From a phage, in sequence record NC_135729.1: DNA of 64,000 nt; one strand, 5' to 3'. The notes beneath the pieces were generated by a model. The model saw nothing but the letters and a program-made list of their open reading frames with translations, ran no database searches and was not told where the DNA came from. Made by a program: the position numbers and the translations under genes. This document shows, piece after piece, positions 30,788 to 40,578 of the stretch; position 1 is the stretch's first letter, and every line of letters begins with the position of its first letter.

Positions 30788-31791
30788 TATACCTCCTCAG
30801 TTTTGTCAACAACTCCACCCACTGTTTCCCCAAGGCCAAGCTCTGTAGTGTAATCACCTCCTTCTATGGTGCCCTTATGATGCACCGTGATCACCTTATA
30901 GAATCCTGTATATTGCTTGCTTTTAAGATAAATAGTGGACTCTGGGAGGATAGCTCCGTTAAGGCATGTGGTTACAGTAAGGCCAACATCCTCTCTCGGG
31001 TTTTTCTTTTTCTTTTTAGATGTCGAACCACCTTTGGCAGCAGCTTTAGCTTTTCGTTTTTTAGCAGGTTCTGGGTTTTTAGGGGTAGGAGATCCGTGCA
31101 TCCCAGACTCTGCACTTATTTCAAACACAGAGTCTTTGAACCTTTTTCCAACCTTGGTCCAATACAAAGCCCCATCCTGAACGCTAAATGTTGAGTTGGT
31201 CAGCCTTGCAAACCTGCGGAGGTTCTCTGCAGTGTTTCCAGAGAAAGCCATAGAGTATTGCAAAGTCTGGTTTCCAAAACCAACAACCCTACCTTTTGGC
31301 AAGTTCATATCCTTCAGCAGGTCATTAAGCACAGAGTTCAGAGGTGTGCCTTTCTGATAAGATCTTGTGCTTTGGCACTTAATGATATTCTCAGTGCCAT
31401 CTCCAAAGATGAACTTAGTTTTTCTGGTCGGACCTTCCCATCTGTCTTCAACAAACTCCACAGTTCCGGAGAATATCAACTGGTTCTCATTATCATAGCC
31501 AGCTTCAAACATAACTGCAAGGGCATCAGCCTGATGCATATCCAGATAGTTAACTGTATCGTCAGACAGGTTGTAAACTGTCACATAACCTTTGTTTGGC
31601 TCTTTGGTATTGTCCTTTTGTATATCAAACTCTATATTGGCAGCACCAGTGTCCGAGCTAACTTCATAAACTCCGGAATCACTCTCCCCTTTCTTTTCAA
31701 CAGATTTTGGGATATTGGTTTTTGATTTACCGCCATGTTCTACAGGACGACCAAACAATAATCGCCATGTTCTACGTCTGTACTCTGCCAT
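30787..31791 (-). CDS. baseplate hub-like protein with Lys-rich linker (334 aa)
   Basis: Overlapping start/stop with neighbours; internal poly-Lys/Ala segment (KKRKAKAAAKGGSTSKKKKK); position-based. Confidence 0.4.
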   Translation of the reverse strand: MAEYRRRTWRLLFGRPVEHGGKSKTNIPKSVEKKGESDSGVYEVSSDTGAANIEFDIQKDNTKEPNKGYVTVYNLSDDTVNYLDMHQADALAVMFEAGYDNENQLIFSGTVEFVEDRWEGPTRKTKFIFGDGTENIIKCQSTRSYQKGTPLNSVLNDLLKDMNLPKGRVVGFGNQTLQYSMAFSGNTAENLRRFARLTNSTFSVQDGALYWTKVGKRFKDSVFEISAESGMHGSPTPKNPEPAKKRKAKAAAKGGSTSKKKKKNPREDVGLTVTTCLNGAILPESTIYLKSKQYTGFYKVITVHHKGTIEGGDYTTELGLGETVGGVVDKTEEV

Positions 31792-32171
31792 TATTCTAAC
31801 CCTTGCTGTTCCTTGTAAAGATCAACCGGGGTGCCGTATACAAGTTGTAGCTCAGATCTCGCCCCAAGGTTATATCTTCCAACCCTGCCCCAATATTGAT
31901 CGTCTTTAAACGACAGCGCCATCAGTCTACCTTTCGGTAAATCATCTCGGTAATGCAGTCCGTCTAAAATATCTTGACAAGCTGTTACTTTTCTGGTTAC
32001 TAAAGGGCTGTCACCTACTGGACCAAGAGATAACCACCAGGACTCATCCCTCTCATTCCATTGCATACGCATTTCATACGTTTCATTGTCTAAAACAACA
32101 CGCATGGTTTGGTCAGGAAAGCCGTCAATGTCCCACACAAAGGTGATTATGCACCAATCTTTAAGCTCCAT
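31791..32171 (-). CDS. tail protein (126 aa)
   Basis: ORF between the tape-measure-proximal gene and the baseplate hub; position-based. Confidence 0.4.
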   Translation of the reverse strand: MELKDWCIITFVWDIDGFPDQTMRVVLDNETYEMRMQWNERDESWWLSLGPVGDSPLVTRKVTACQDILDGLHYRDDLPKGRLMALSFKDDQYWGRVGRYNLGARSELQLVYGTPVDLYKEQQGLE

Positions 32172-32183
32172 TATACGCTCCCC

Positions 32184-33095
32184 TTATTTCCCGTTAACTT
32201 TGTTGTAGTTTCCCTGCTCAGATGGGACTATGGTAGAAGGTCTTCCATATTCCTGATAATACCAATCCGCAGCCGATTGGGTAACACCGTTTTCATCTGT
32301 CCACATCATAGATTTGTATGGCTGCCACTCCTCTGCAGCGTTTGTGGATGCAGTGTCCGCGAATGCTCCTGTGTCCCTCTTGTTACCTACGTTACTACCA
32401 TTCTTACAGTCGTTGACAGCGCCTTTTTGTTGGGTCTTGCCTACTTTCTTAGGATTGCTGTATACAGTTGCATTAACAACCTTATTCAAGTAGAATGTGC
32501 GGAACTCTGTAAGTTCTACATCAAACACCATTGCAGCGCCTTCACCAACAGACTTGTTGGCAGAAAGACTGGTTATGATGTAGTTCTCAAGAAGTCTCTC
32601 CTCGGTAACCAAAGAAACCAACTGTCGCTTATTGATAATCTCAGTCAAAGCCTCCAATGCAGCGCCTGGTCGCATAGATGCTGCAGGGTTTTTAGAGTCA
32701 GTATTCCTATCAATGTAGTTTTGCTCATAGATTATGTGTGGGGATGTATTTACCCTACCAGTAAAAGAAAATACACCATCTTTAATTACGGCGTGGTCTG
32801 ACAGGGTAGATTTATCTTCCACCGCAAACCCAGTCTTATCAACAGAATGTTTGAAAGAGTAATTCTCAACCTGATCGAAGATAATGGCAAGATCGTTAGT
32901 AAAGTTTTTACCCTTCATCTCCGTATTGCGACCGCCATAGTTAAGACCGCTGACAAACATAGTGTACTTTACATCGCTTTCAGTTTGCTGCTCTGCCTTT
33001 TCAGCCTTTGGAGATTTAACCTCTTGAGGCTTGTACAGGTCTTTTTCATCAACTATATTGCTTGGCATAACCTCTCCAGGACACTCCGATACCAT
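32184..33095 (-). CDS. tail protein (303 aa)
   Basis: First gene after the tape measure gene; position-based. Confidence 0.4.
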   Translation of the reverse strand: MVSECPGEVMPSNIVDEKDLYKPQEVKSPKAEKAEQQTESDVKYTMFVSGLNYGGRNTEMKGKNFTNDLAIIFDQVENYSFKHSVDKTGFAVEDKSTLSDHAVIKDGVFSFTGRVNTSPHIIYEQNYIDRNTDSKNPAASMRPGAALEALTEIINKRQLVSLVTEERLLENYIITSLSANKSVGEGAAMVFDVELTEFRTFYLNKVVNATVYSNPKKVGKTQQKGAVNDCKNGSNVGNKRDTGAFADTASTNAAEEWQPYKSMMWTDENGVTQSAADWYYQEYGRPSTIVPSEQGNYNKVNGK

Positions 33096-33133
33096 CTAGA
33101 TATTGTATCATAAAATAGCCGTTTTTACAACAC

Positions 33134-33163
33134 CGATAAAATAAAGGGGGCCGGAGCCCCCCC
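33134..33163 (-). terminator. intrinsic terminator after the tape measure gene
   Basis: Minus-strand hairpin GGGGGGGCTCCGGCCCCC followed by TTTTATTTTAT. Confidence 0.55.
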
Positions 33164-33174
33164 TGCACAGTTTA

Positions 33175-35511
33175 TTACCAAAGGTCGGTAGACATGAAGT
33201 TGATATCTTTATTGTTCTCCCACTCAAGTTTTGCATCAAATATTTTGTTAAACTCACCCTCATCTATTGAAATCGTGATTTTCCCATCACTGATCTCTAA
33301 AGGTAGCATTTCCATAGTTCTTAATTGAGAAGCAAAACCAGGGCCACCCGGCAACGGAAGAGTCCCGCCAGGTAAGGTGTCCAAAGGATTAACAAACCCG
33401 TTACCTCCCGATATGATATCTTTGCGAATCATATCGCTGATAGTATCTAGCTGCTGATTTCTTTCACTTAGTGGGTTGTAACGGTCATTAAATAATTCCC
33501 CGGCGCTTAGTATTGTACCGATAATGCCCAGCTTGCCGAGCCGACCAACTTTGCCACCAGGTGTCTTGAGGCCACCCCCACCTTTTCCTGCCGGAGCTCC
33601 ACCACCAGATCCTTCTGTAGTAGCGGCACCCGCTGCTCCAGCTGCACCCCTTAGAGAGTTAAGGAATTTAAAGGTTTTTACAAGCATGGATGCCATGACA
33701 AAACCTTTTGTTAGGGCGTTGACTACCAGCATGATGGCAGCAGCAAACCCTGCCCATTTAGCATAGCTAAAGGTGTCATGAAGCTCTTCAGAATATTCCT
33801 TCGTCTTAGCTGTTATGAATCCCCATTTAATCCCCCATTCAAGGAAAAACATGCGGATCTTGACTATAGTGTTGTTTAGTTCACCAACTACCCAGTTAAG
33901 GCCTCTCACAAACCCGCTAACAAAATCACCAGAGGCATCCCACACAAATTGCAGAGTCTCACCAGTGCGGATTAGTGTATAATAGAACTCTGTTAGTTCG
34001 TCAGACCAACGGGTGAACAGTTTCTGACGAGTCAGTTCGATGAAGGTTTTCAGTCTGTTTTCTGCCAGCACGTTAGACTTCTGCATTCTTTCATAACCAG
34101 CTGCAGATGCCTCGTTCATGTACTTAGCCACATACTTCATGATCTTGGCTGTTTTAACCTCACCTTTCTTCATCATGTCCATGAACTGATCCATGGAGAG
34201 TTCAGAAAGACCAAAAGCCTCTTTGGTGGCCTTGATAAAAGGTTCGTATGCACCAGGCAATGCTTCAGCAAGTTGTTGCTTCAGTTCTTCGGACATTACT
34301 TGTCCCTTGCCAAGCATCTGTTGGATAGCCATAATACCGCGCTGGTATTTTACCTCATCGGCACCATAAGCAGCAGCATACTGTGAGTATGCAGAAAACA
34401 GCTCATGCACTTCCTGATTTGTCATCTGGTTTTTGGCGTTTACCGACATCTGGGCGTAACCTTGAAGACCAGATTTGAGATCAAAACCAAGACGCATAGC
34501 CTCTTGCTGGACAAACGCAACCTCACTGTTGGCTTTGTTTGGATCTCCAGTAACAGCAGTAAGAGCAGCACTTGCCCCCTCCATCATATGACCGGATCTG
34601 TTAACCGCAGCAAATCCAGAAAAAGCCGTATACGCAGCTGTTGCATTAATAACAGATCTACGTAAGTCTCTCATGGCATCGCCTAGTGTAAGCGTTTGGC
34701 TGGTGGCGCTTTTAAACCCAGACTGCAGCGCTGACAGGTGGGCGTTAAAGGTTGACTTCTTCATCTCCCCGCGAGCAAACCTGGACTCTAACTCTGAGTA
34801 TCCTGGCAAGCTTCCACGGAATCCGGCCCCATACTTGGCAGAAAGTCTTATCGCGGAGTTGTAGAGGTGGGTTCTCCTTGCCTCACGATCCGACATAAGC
34901 CTATTATCCATACCAGCTTTACTGTCTCTTCTTAGCTGTCTATGATAACGATTCATAGCGGCTGTCTGAGCTTTTACAAGGTTAGGGTCGGAAGCCACAC
35001 CCCCCATATTAGGGTTACCGGGGATATATTTGAAAGATTTGGCATTAGCCAAAACTCTTGCCTTAGGTGCCTTATAACCACCGTAAGACACTGGTGCAGA
35101 TTTGGCAGCCTTTTTGGCCTCTTTAGCTTGCTGCTGGTAGAACTTACGCATCCTAGCCATTTCTGGATTTTTAGCGGTAAGATTACCTACAGCTTGTTTA
35201 CGTCTCGCATTCTCCCTACGTTCTATTGCAGCCCTTACTGCAGCCTCTTTCTTGGCCTGTGCTACGCTCTCTCTGTGCAGTTTAGCATTTGCCTGAGATT
35301 GCTGTCTGGCAACCCTCTGCATTGTCTGCTGGGTTTTAACAGCTACCGCCTGCCATCTACTCATGGGGTTGGCTGAGTTAAAATCCTCGCCCAGTTTCCT
35401 GAACTCCCTCCCAATACTGCGAATTTTCTCGACAGCTTTTTTGTAGGAGGAGTTCTCTATCTCAAAGCCAATCTTGTTGACTGTTGTGGCAACTATTTTG
35501 TTTGTAGCCAT
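33175..35511 (-). CDS. tail tape measure protein (778 aa)
   Basis: Directly downstream of the frameshifted chaperone pair; Ala/Gln/Lys-rich helical N-terminus, hydrophobic segment, Gly-rich tract (GAAGAAGAATTEGSGGGAPAGKGGGG). Confidence 0.7.
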   Translation of the reverse strand: MATNKIVATTVNKIGFEIENSSYKKAVEKIRSIGREFRKLGEDFNSANPMSRWQAVAVKTQQTMQRVARQQSQANAKLHRESVAQAKKEAAVRAAIERRENARRKQAVGNLTAKNPEMARMRKFYQQQAKEAKKAAKSAPVSYGGYKAPKARVLANAKSFKYIPGNPNMGGVASDPNLVKAQTAAMNRYHRQLRRDSKAGMDNRLMSDREARRTHLYNSAIRLSAKYGAGFRGSLPGYSELESRFARGEMKKSTFNAHLSALQSGFKSATSQTLTLGDAMRDLRRSVINATAAYTAFSGFAAVNRSGHMMEGASAALTAVTGDPNKANSEVAFVQQEAMRLGFDLKSGLQGYAQMSVNAKNQMTNQEVHELFSAYSQYAAAYGADEVKYQRGIMAIQQMLGKGQVMSEELKQQLAEALPGAYEPFIKATKEAFGLSELSMDQFMDMMKKGEVKTAKIMKYVAKYMNEASAAGYERMQKSNVLAENRLKTFIELTRQKLFTRWSDELTEFYYTLIRTGETLQFVWDASGDFVSGFVRGLNWVVGELNNTIVKIRMFFLEWGIKWGFITAKTKEYSEELHDTFSYAKWAGFAAAIMLVVNALTKGFVMASMLVKTFKFLNSLRGAAGAAGAATTEGSGGGAPAGKGGGGLKTPGGKVGRLGKLGIIGTILSAGELFNDRYNPLSERNQQLDTISDMIRKDIISGGNGFVNPLDTLPGGTLPLPGGPGFASQLRTMEMLPLEISDGKITISIDEGEFNKIFDAKLEWENNKDINFMSTDLW

Positions 35512-35565
35512 GGTTTCCTCATAATAAAAAGGGCCAGATCCCAGAAAAGGAATCCGGCCCTTAGA

Positions 35566-35931
35566 TTATCCTCTCCTGCGCTTAGCTTTCGCAGCAGCTG
35601 CGGCAGCCTTCTGCTCCCGCTCCATTTCCCTGTTTTGGACGGTATCTAGGAATTCTTCGATATCAAGATACTCACAGAGCTTCAGGAAATACGCCATATC
35701 TGCAAGATTTAGCGATTCAAAATTTTCCCCTTTGAAATTCTTGAGCACCCTACACCAAAGAAAGTCGAACCAGTTGAGTGAACTGTTCTTGGCTGCCCAC
35801 TCACTGGCCCTCACAACAACCTTGCTTATTCCTGCTCTTCCGGAGTCTGATCCAGGTTGTTCACCTGCTGAATCATACCCATCTGCTGTAACATCTCCAG
35901 AAGGCTTCCTAAACCGTCTTGTGTGAAAAAA
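35566..35931 (-). CDS. -1 frameshift extension of the tail assembly chaperone (GT-like fusion)
   Basis: The -1 frame is open from the slippery heptamer at 35925..35931 through ORF 35566..35814, with no stop across the junction. Confidence 0.5.
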   Translation of the reverse strand, partial: FFHTRRFRKPSGDVTADGYDSAGEQPGSDSGRAGISKVVVRASEWAAKNSSLNWFDFLWCRVLKNFKGENFESLNLADMAYFLKLCEYLDIEEFLDTVQNREMEREQKAAAAAAKAKRRRG

Positions 35932-36299
35932 CAGCCGTAGTTAACCTCCAGAACCTTACCTGCCAGCTTAATCATCTCCAGCAGATGCCCTGCAAACACA
36001 ACATCTGGGTTAAGCTTATCCACACCATCTACGGTAATATCTTCGAACAAGATTTTAAATAACTCTTCAATAGAGCTATCATCAAGTTCTTGGAACAGGT
36101 AAGCCAGAGCAGTAGGAAGGACCTCTGCCATATTCTGACCACCAGAGATAATAGATCCACCGATAGCACCTAGCGGGACAGCCACAATCTTACCGATTTT
36201 AGGCATGTTTTTCATTGCTTTCATCGGTCCCCAGTGGGTGATCACAAAGTTGTGCCCTGCTAAATCAATCTCTGTTGTAGGTCTAAAGTTTATAGCCAT
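35826..36299 (-). CDS. tail assembly chaperone (G-like, 157 aa)
   Basis: Between tail tube and tape measure genes; acidic C-terminus; contains the slippery site for the downstream -1 frame. Confidence 0.55.
   Translation of the reverse strand: MAINFRPTTEIDLAGHNFVITHWGPMKAMKNMPKIGKIVAVPLGAIGGSIISGGQNMAEVLPTALAYLFQELDDSSIEELFKILFEDITVDGVDKLNPDVVFAGHLLEMIKLAGKVLEVNYGCFFTQDGLGSLLEMLQQMGMIQQVNNLDQTPEEQE
35925..35931 (-). other. programmed -1 ribosomal frameshift slippery heptamer T_TTT_TTC
   Basis: Minus-strand sense ggc-tgt-ttt-ttc-aca (plus-strand gaaaaaa); fits X_XXY_YYZ in the zero frame near the 3' end of the chaperone gene. Confidence 0.5.
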
Positions 36300-36409
36300 T
36301 TTATAGCATCCTTATTAGTCATGTTGTGCACCATATTTGTGTATTTTACCATGATTATGGTGCATTGTCAATTTAACCTTTCAAGCAATTCAAGAACGTG
36401 TGTCAAAAC

Positions 36410-36443
36410 CATAAAAGCAAAAAGCCCCACCCGAAGGTGAGGC
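36410..36443 (-). terminator. intrinsic terminator after the tail tube gene
   Basis: Minus-strand hairpin GCCTCACC-ttcg-GGTGGGGC followed by TTTTTGCTTTT. Confidence 0.6.
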
Positions 36444-36461
36444 TTATGCTAAAGTGTGCCC

Positions 36462-36935
36462 TTAGATAATACCTGCAAGACCTGCGAGGCCAGTAAGAGC
36501 ACCAGTGATGTTATCACGGTTGAGCCATGCATCCAGAATACCGATATCCCAGTCCAGCTGACCTACTTCGGTTCCGTAAGTCAGGTCAGGCTGTTTCTGG
36601 ATCCAACCAATTGTGAAAATACCAGGACCCTGGCTACCTTCCAGCAGAACTGGGAAGAATACCAGACCAGTAATCGATGCCTGTTTCTGCCAGTCAGAAA
36701 GGTAAGCGTTCCATACAGAAGTGTTCTGCAAAGATACAGTCATAACACCAGATTGGTTACGAGACAGGGCCGCAGACATTTCGCCATCCACACCAACGTG
36801 AGGGTAGATGTTGTCTTCGTTTCTTGAAACAACGATCTTGGTGTCAGCAGCGAAGCCAGTGACACGCTGCTGCATCAGGTACAGTTTGACCTTTTTAGGG
36901 TCATACGCATAAGGAGTTAAAATTTGAGTTTCCAT
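36462..36935 (-). CDS. tail tube protein (157 aa)
   Basis: Small protein immediately after the sheath gene and before the chaperones; canonical contractile-tail order. Confidence 0.6.
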   Translation of the reverse strand: METQILTPYAYDPKKVKLYLMQQRVTGFAADTKIVVSRNEDNIYPHVGVDGEMSAALSRNQSGVMTVSLQNTSVWNAYLSDWQKQASITGLVFFPVLLEGSQGPGIFTIGWIQKQPDLTYGTEVGQLDWDIGILDAWLNRDNITGALTGLAGLAGII

Positions 36936-36945
36936 CTAGTCTTCC

Positions 36946-38322
36946 TTATTCAGTCATTGCAACAGCATTGGTGGATTTAGAACCAACTTTGTCCAGAAGA
37001 ACGTTGATCCGGATACGAACGAAGTGCAGGGCGTTGTTATACACCAGTTCTACTTTCACACCTTCCAGAACACGAGCAGCCAACTGATTGGTTGGGATTT
37101 CTGCACGTTTAGGAACTGTGATGATCGGGTCGTAGAATACATTATTGTCTTCGTCGAAACCTGTCAGGATCGCACCATTCTTAATGCCAGTGTTGATTGG
37201 GTTGTTCATCAGGACAGACTTGATAACCGGAAGATCATCATCAGACATCTTCATGCTTAAACCCATGTTGGAGCGACGATGCATGTACCCAAACATAGAT
37301 TCTTCAGATCTGAACTTGATCCAGTGTGCAAAACGAATAGCGTCTGCATACTGACCTGAAGCACACTTACCTTCCCAGAAAGCGCCAACACCGTTAATCA
37401 TTCTGTAGAAGTTAACGTGGTTTTCCCAAATAGCCATACGCTGAGTTAAAGTCAGAGACGGTGCAATCACACCTGGCATCTGTTTTAAGTGCAAGCTGTC
37501 GCCGTAAGACGGATCGTTGGATGCCATAGCACCTATGATACCACCCTCCGGGAAGTCCTTATCTGCACGAGGATCGTACATGCCGACACTGTCATATTGT
37601 GCAGCTTTCAGTTTGGTGGCGATGTTATTATCTTTACCAGTCACATCTTCTGCAGTAGAGTAGACATGCAGCTTGTAGTTAGCCTGAGCCCACTTAGCAC
37701 ATGCTTCAATGTCGGTGTGGTCTTCATGGCACAGGAAGTACCAATTGTCACGCTCAGCATTGATCTTATCAACTACTGTAGAAGGTTTTTCAGCATTGGC
37801 GATATTTTTGATTGTATAGTTACCAGTATGGTAACCAACAGTACAGTCACCAGTGATGGTGATAACACCATCAGCAGCCTCTACAGTGATATCGTCCAAG
37901 TTATCATCTGCTTCGATTTTAGTCTTCATTGACTCTGCAATCTGAGTTGCAGCTGTTCCACCAGAGATAGGGACTATCAAAGAGGTATTGTAGCTACCTT
38001 TTGCAATAGTCATTACGACATCGGTATCAGCTGCGGCAGCAATACCTTTAAAATCTACAGTGGTCTTTTCTTTGGCCTGTCTGCCGATCATAACGTATTG
38101 TGGAGGGAATACACCACCAAAAGCTTTTGCTGCAAACTCATACGCTGCAGAGCCTTGTGCGAAACCATCTTCCACCATCTGATCCAGCTCTGCATATACG
38201 CGAGCTCGCTCAGTAAAGTTGTTGTGGATAGCGATGAACAGGGGAGTTTCGAAACCTACAGTGTCAATAGGCTGGGTTCCGAGGTTAACTGTAACATCTA
38301 CCACTTTATCTAAATATGGCAT
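36946..38322 (-). CDS. tail sheath protein (458 aa)
   Basis: About-50-kDa protein directly upstream of the tube gene, in the standard sheath-tube-chaperone-tape measure order. Confidence 0.6.
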   Translation of the reverse strand: MPYLDKVVDVTVNLGTQPIDTVGFETPLFIAIHNNFTERARVYAELDQMVEDGFAQGSAAYEFAAKAFGGVFPPQYVMIGRQAKEKTTVDFKGIAAAADTDVVMTIAKGSYNTSLIVPISGGTAATQIAESMKTKIEADDNLDDITVEAADGVITITGDCTVGYHTGNYTIKNIANAEKPSTVVDKINAERDNWYFLCHEDHTDIEACAKWAQANYKLHVYSTAEDVTGKDNNIATKLKAAQYDSVGMYDPRADKDFPEGGIIGAMASNDPSYGDSLHLKQMPGVIAPSLTLTQRMAIWENHVNFYRMINGVGAFWEGKCASGQYADAIRFAHWIKFRSEESMFGYMHRRSNMGLSMKMSDDDLPVIKSVLMNNPINTGIKNGAILTGFDEDNNVFYDPIITVPKRAEIPTNQLAARVLEGVKVELVYNNALHFVRIRINVLLDKVGSKSTNAVAMTE

Positions 38323-38394
38323 TTGTTTCCTCTTAATATCTGTGCACGGATATCAAACACGCAGTGTAATCATTACACTACACAATTATAACGA

Positions 38395-38946
38395 TTACTG
38401 ACCACTGTCTGTAACCGCTTTACCAGAATTGGGTGAAGGGAAGTGTGTGGTTATTTCAGCCTTAATTCCCTGAAGATCCTCAAAAGCCCCAATGTCTGTT
38501 TCAACAAACCTTACGTTAAATGTCAGCATCACAGTGGCTCTATTTTCATACGTCTGTTTATTCAACGGCACTCTTTGAGGTGAGATTGTTGAATTGTTAG
38601 AGTAGGCAAAGCACGATCCCATAGGGAAATACTTGTCATAAAACATTGGAAGATTTATTGCTTGCAATACTCTGCTAAGTGCAGCATGTGCCCTGCCACG
38701 ATAAGCTGTTAACAGATAGGTAACAGTGTAACTGTGTGTTACGTAAGCATTACCCTCCGCATCTTGAAACTCATTATCTTCCCAAGTGGTGGGATTGATC
38801 GCCAAGGTTTGTAAAAGCACAAACTCACCTTCCGGCTTCGGTATGGTAGAGCTTTCTGCCAGAACTACAGTTCTTCCTGTGGCAACCTTGACAAGCTTAG
38901 CAATGGTTGTTTCAAGATCAGAAAAAACTTTTTCGAAAGCTTCCAT
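38395..38946 (-). CDS. tail completion / terminator-like protein (183 aa)
   Basis: Position between neck genes and sheath; no motif. Confidence 0.3.
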   Translation of the reverse strand: MEAFEKVFSDLETTIAKLVKVATGRTVVLAESSTIPKPEGEFVLLQTLAINPTTWEDNEFQDAEGNAYVTHSYTVTYLLTAYRGRAHAALSRVLQAINLPMFYDKYFPMGSCFAYSNNSTISPQRVPLNKQTYENRATVMLTFNVRFVETDIGAFEDLQGIKAEITTHFPSPNSGKAVTDSGQ

Positions 38947-39371
38947 CAGTCTTCTCCTTCAGGCTCTTCTACCACAAAAAATCTATATCTTCCACCACCA
39001 GACGTGACATATGCATCGCATTTTAAAACGGTAAACCATTTCAAGTCACCACGGATGTCAGGCAGCTGAATTTGATCAGCCATTGCATATGTTCCTTCAT
39101 CTGGACTATACAACTTGGTTGAGGAGTAAACTGTAAAAGCCTCGTACTGTCTGTCACCTTCTGGATTTATTTGAGAGGAGTAATCTTTAGCTGCCCTTCC
39201 TGTCAACGGCTGCACAACACACTCTAAGACATCAAACTCTTCATACTCAAGTTCTAACCCCTCGTTAGCAAAAGGACCACCAACTGTTTTGTTATACACT
39301 CTGTGGCGACCTTTGAATGTTTTACGGGGTATTAGCCTGTTCTTTCCTATCAGCTTATAACCTGCTGCCAC
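38946..39371 (-). CDS. neck / head-tail joining protein (141 aa)
   Basis: Position-based; start overlaps the neighbouring stop. Confidence 0.3.
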   Translation of the reverse strand: MAAGYKLIGKNRLIPRKTFKGRHRVYNKTVGGPFANEGLELEYEEFDVLECVVQPLTGRAAKDYSSQINPEGDRQYEAFTVYSSTKLYSPDEGTYAMADQIQLPDIRGDLKWFTVLKCDAYVTSGGGRYRFFVVEEPEGED

Positions 39372-39380
39372 TCAACCCCC

Positions 39381-39857
39381 TTATTTTTGCTGTCCAATTT
39401 TAAAGGTTGCAGATTCCAGCAGCACATCGTAATGCCGCATAGCCTCGTTGAAGCCCTTCTCTTGTGCCCACTGCTCACTAACAGTAGGGTTACTAAACTG
39501 ACCAGCCTCAATAACAAACTGGATAGCTTTGGCCCCTGTGTCCCCCATCTGCTTAAGAATAGCCTCTGCACTTGATCCTCTAGCCATAGCTCTCAACAAT
39601 TTTTCTGTCAAGGTCTGTAGTTGAGTGCTGTGAAATGCAAAAGCTGTCTCCATGAAATTGCGAACAGGCAGCCCGTTCCAACCGAAGTTGTGAATGGCTG
39701 CCAATGTTGCCATATTTAAGCCTGACGGGTGAGGTTCGTCATAAAAGCCGTAGGTTATTGTTTTACTTTCAAGTCTCACAAGTTCTTTGTAGAAGCGATC
39801 TAAACGCTTTAGGTTGAACTTTGTTTGACATTTAACCTTTAGCATTATATCCCTCAC
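39381..39857 (-). CDS. head-tail joining protein (158 aa)
   Basis: Position-based. Confidence 0.3.
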   Translation of the reverse strand: MRDIMLKVKCQTKFNLKRLDRFYKELVRLESKTITYGFYDEPHPSGLNMATLAAIHNFGWNGLPVRNFMETAFAFHSTQLQTLTEKLLRAMARGSSAEAILKQMGDTGAKAIQFVIEAGQFSNPTVSEQWAQEKGFNEAMRHYDVLLESATFKIGQQK

Positions 39858-39898
39858 TAATGTATTTTACCACAAAGATACATCAAAAGCAACAATTT

Positions 39899-40576
39899 TT
39901 AAAAACTGCGTTTGCGTCTTGGGTGGCGAGGAGGTTGGTTATTTAGACCACTGATAGGTGTAATCCCCTGGACATCGAACGGTCCGTTGCTGTTTTCATT
40001 AAATTTAACCCGAATTCCTTCATCTACACGAACACCACCAATGATAATCATTCTGCTGTAAGCATCTAGCTCAGAATCTACATAGTCTGGGTGTGCCAGC
40101 AGCCAATCAAGGAAATCTTTCCATTGGGCGTAGGAAGATCCACCACGAATCTCTATGGTCTCATCACCTATTTTTTCCAGACGGGAAGTTATACTTGCAT
40201 TACCGCTGGACACTTCCTGCATCATTAGCCACCGCACAAGCTGCACAAGCACATTGTACTTAAGCAGAGGTAGCTTATCAGGGTCTGCCGGATAATTTAG
40301 TTTCAACTTCTCCATGTCAAGGAATGTTTTAATTACCTCATCAGGGAGAGTTTCCTCATCAACATTGCCGAGCAACAACCTCATAATATTAATAAGAGGT
40401 TGGTCTGGATCAGGTTCCGGAAGTACAGGATCTTCTTTTGGTGGTTCTTCTGGGGTATCGACTACACCATCATGGTTAGGCGGTGACGGGATAATCTCTT
40501 CATCTTCATACCATGCCATTTGAAAATACCTCGTAAAAATAAAGCCCCATTCCTGATTTGGAAGGGGCCTTAACAA
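39899..40576 (-). CDS. virion protein with acidic Pro-rich N-terminal segment (225 aa)
   Basis: Low-complexity PEEPPKEDPVLPEPDPDQP segment; downstream of the capsid gene. Confidence 0.35.
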   Translation of the reverse strand: MLRPLPNQEWGFIFTRYFQMAWYEDEEIIPSPPNHDGVVDTPEEPPKEDPVLPEPDPDQPLINIMRLLLGNVDEETLPDEVIKTFLDMEKLKLNYPADPDKLPLLKYNVLVQLVRWLMMQEVSSGNASITSRLEKIGDETIEIRGGSSYAQWKDFLDWLLAHPDYVDSELDAYSRMIIIGGVRVDEGIRVKFNENSNGPFDVQGITPISGLNNQPPRHPRRKRSF

Positions 40577-40578
40577 AA

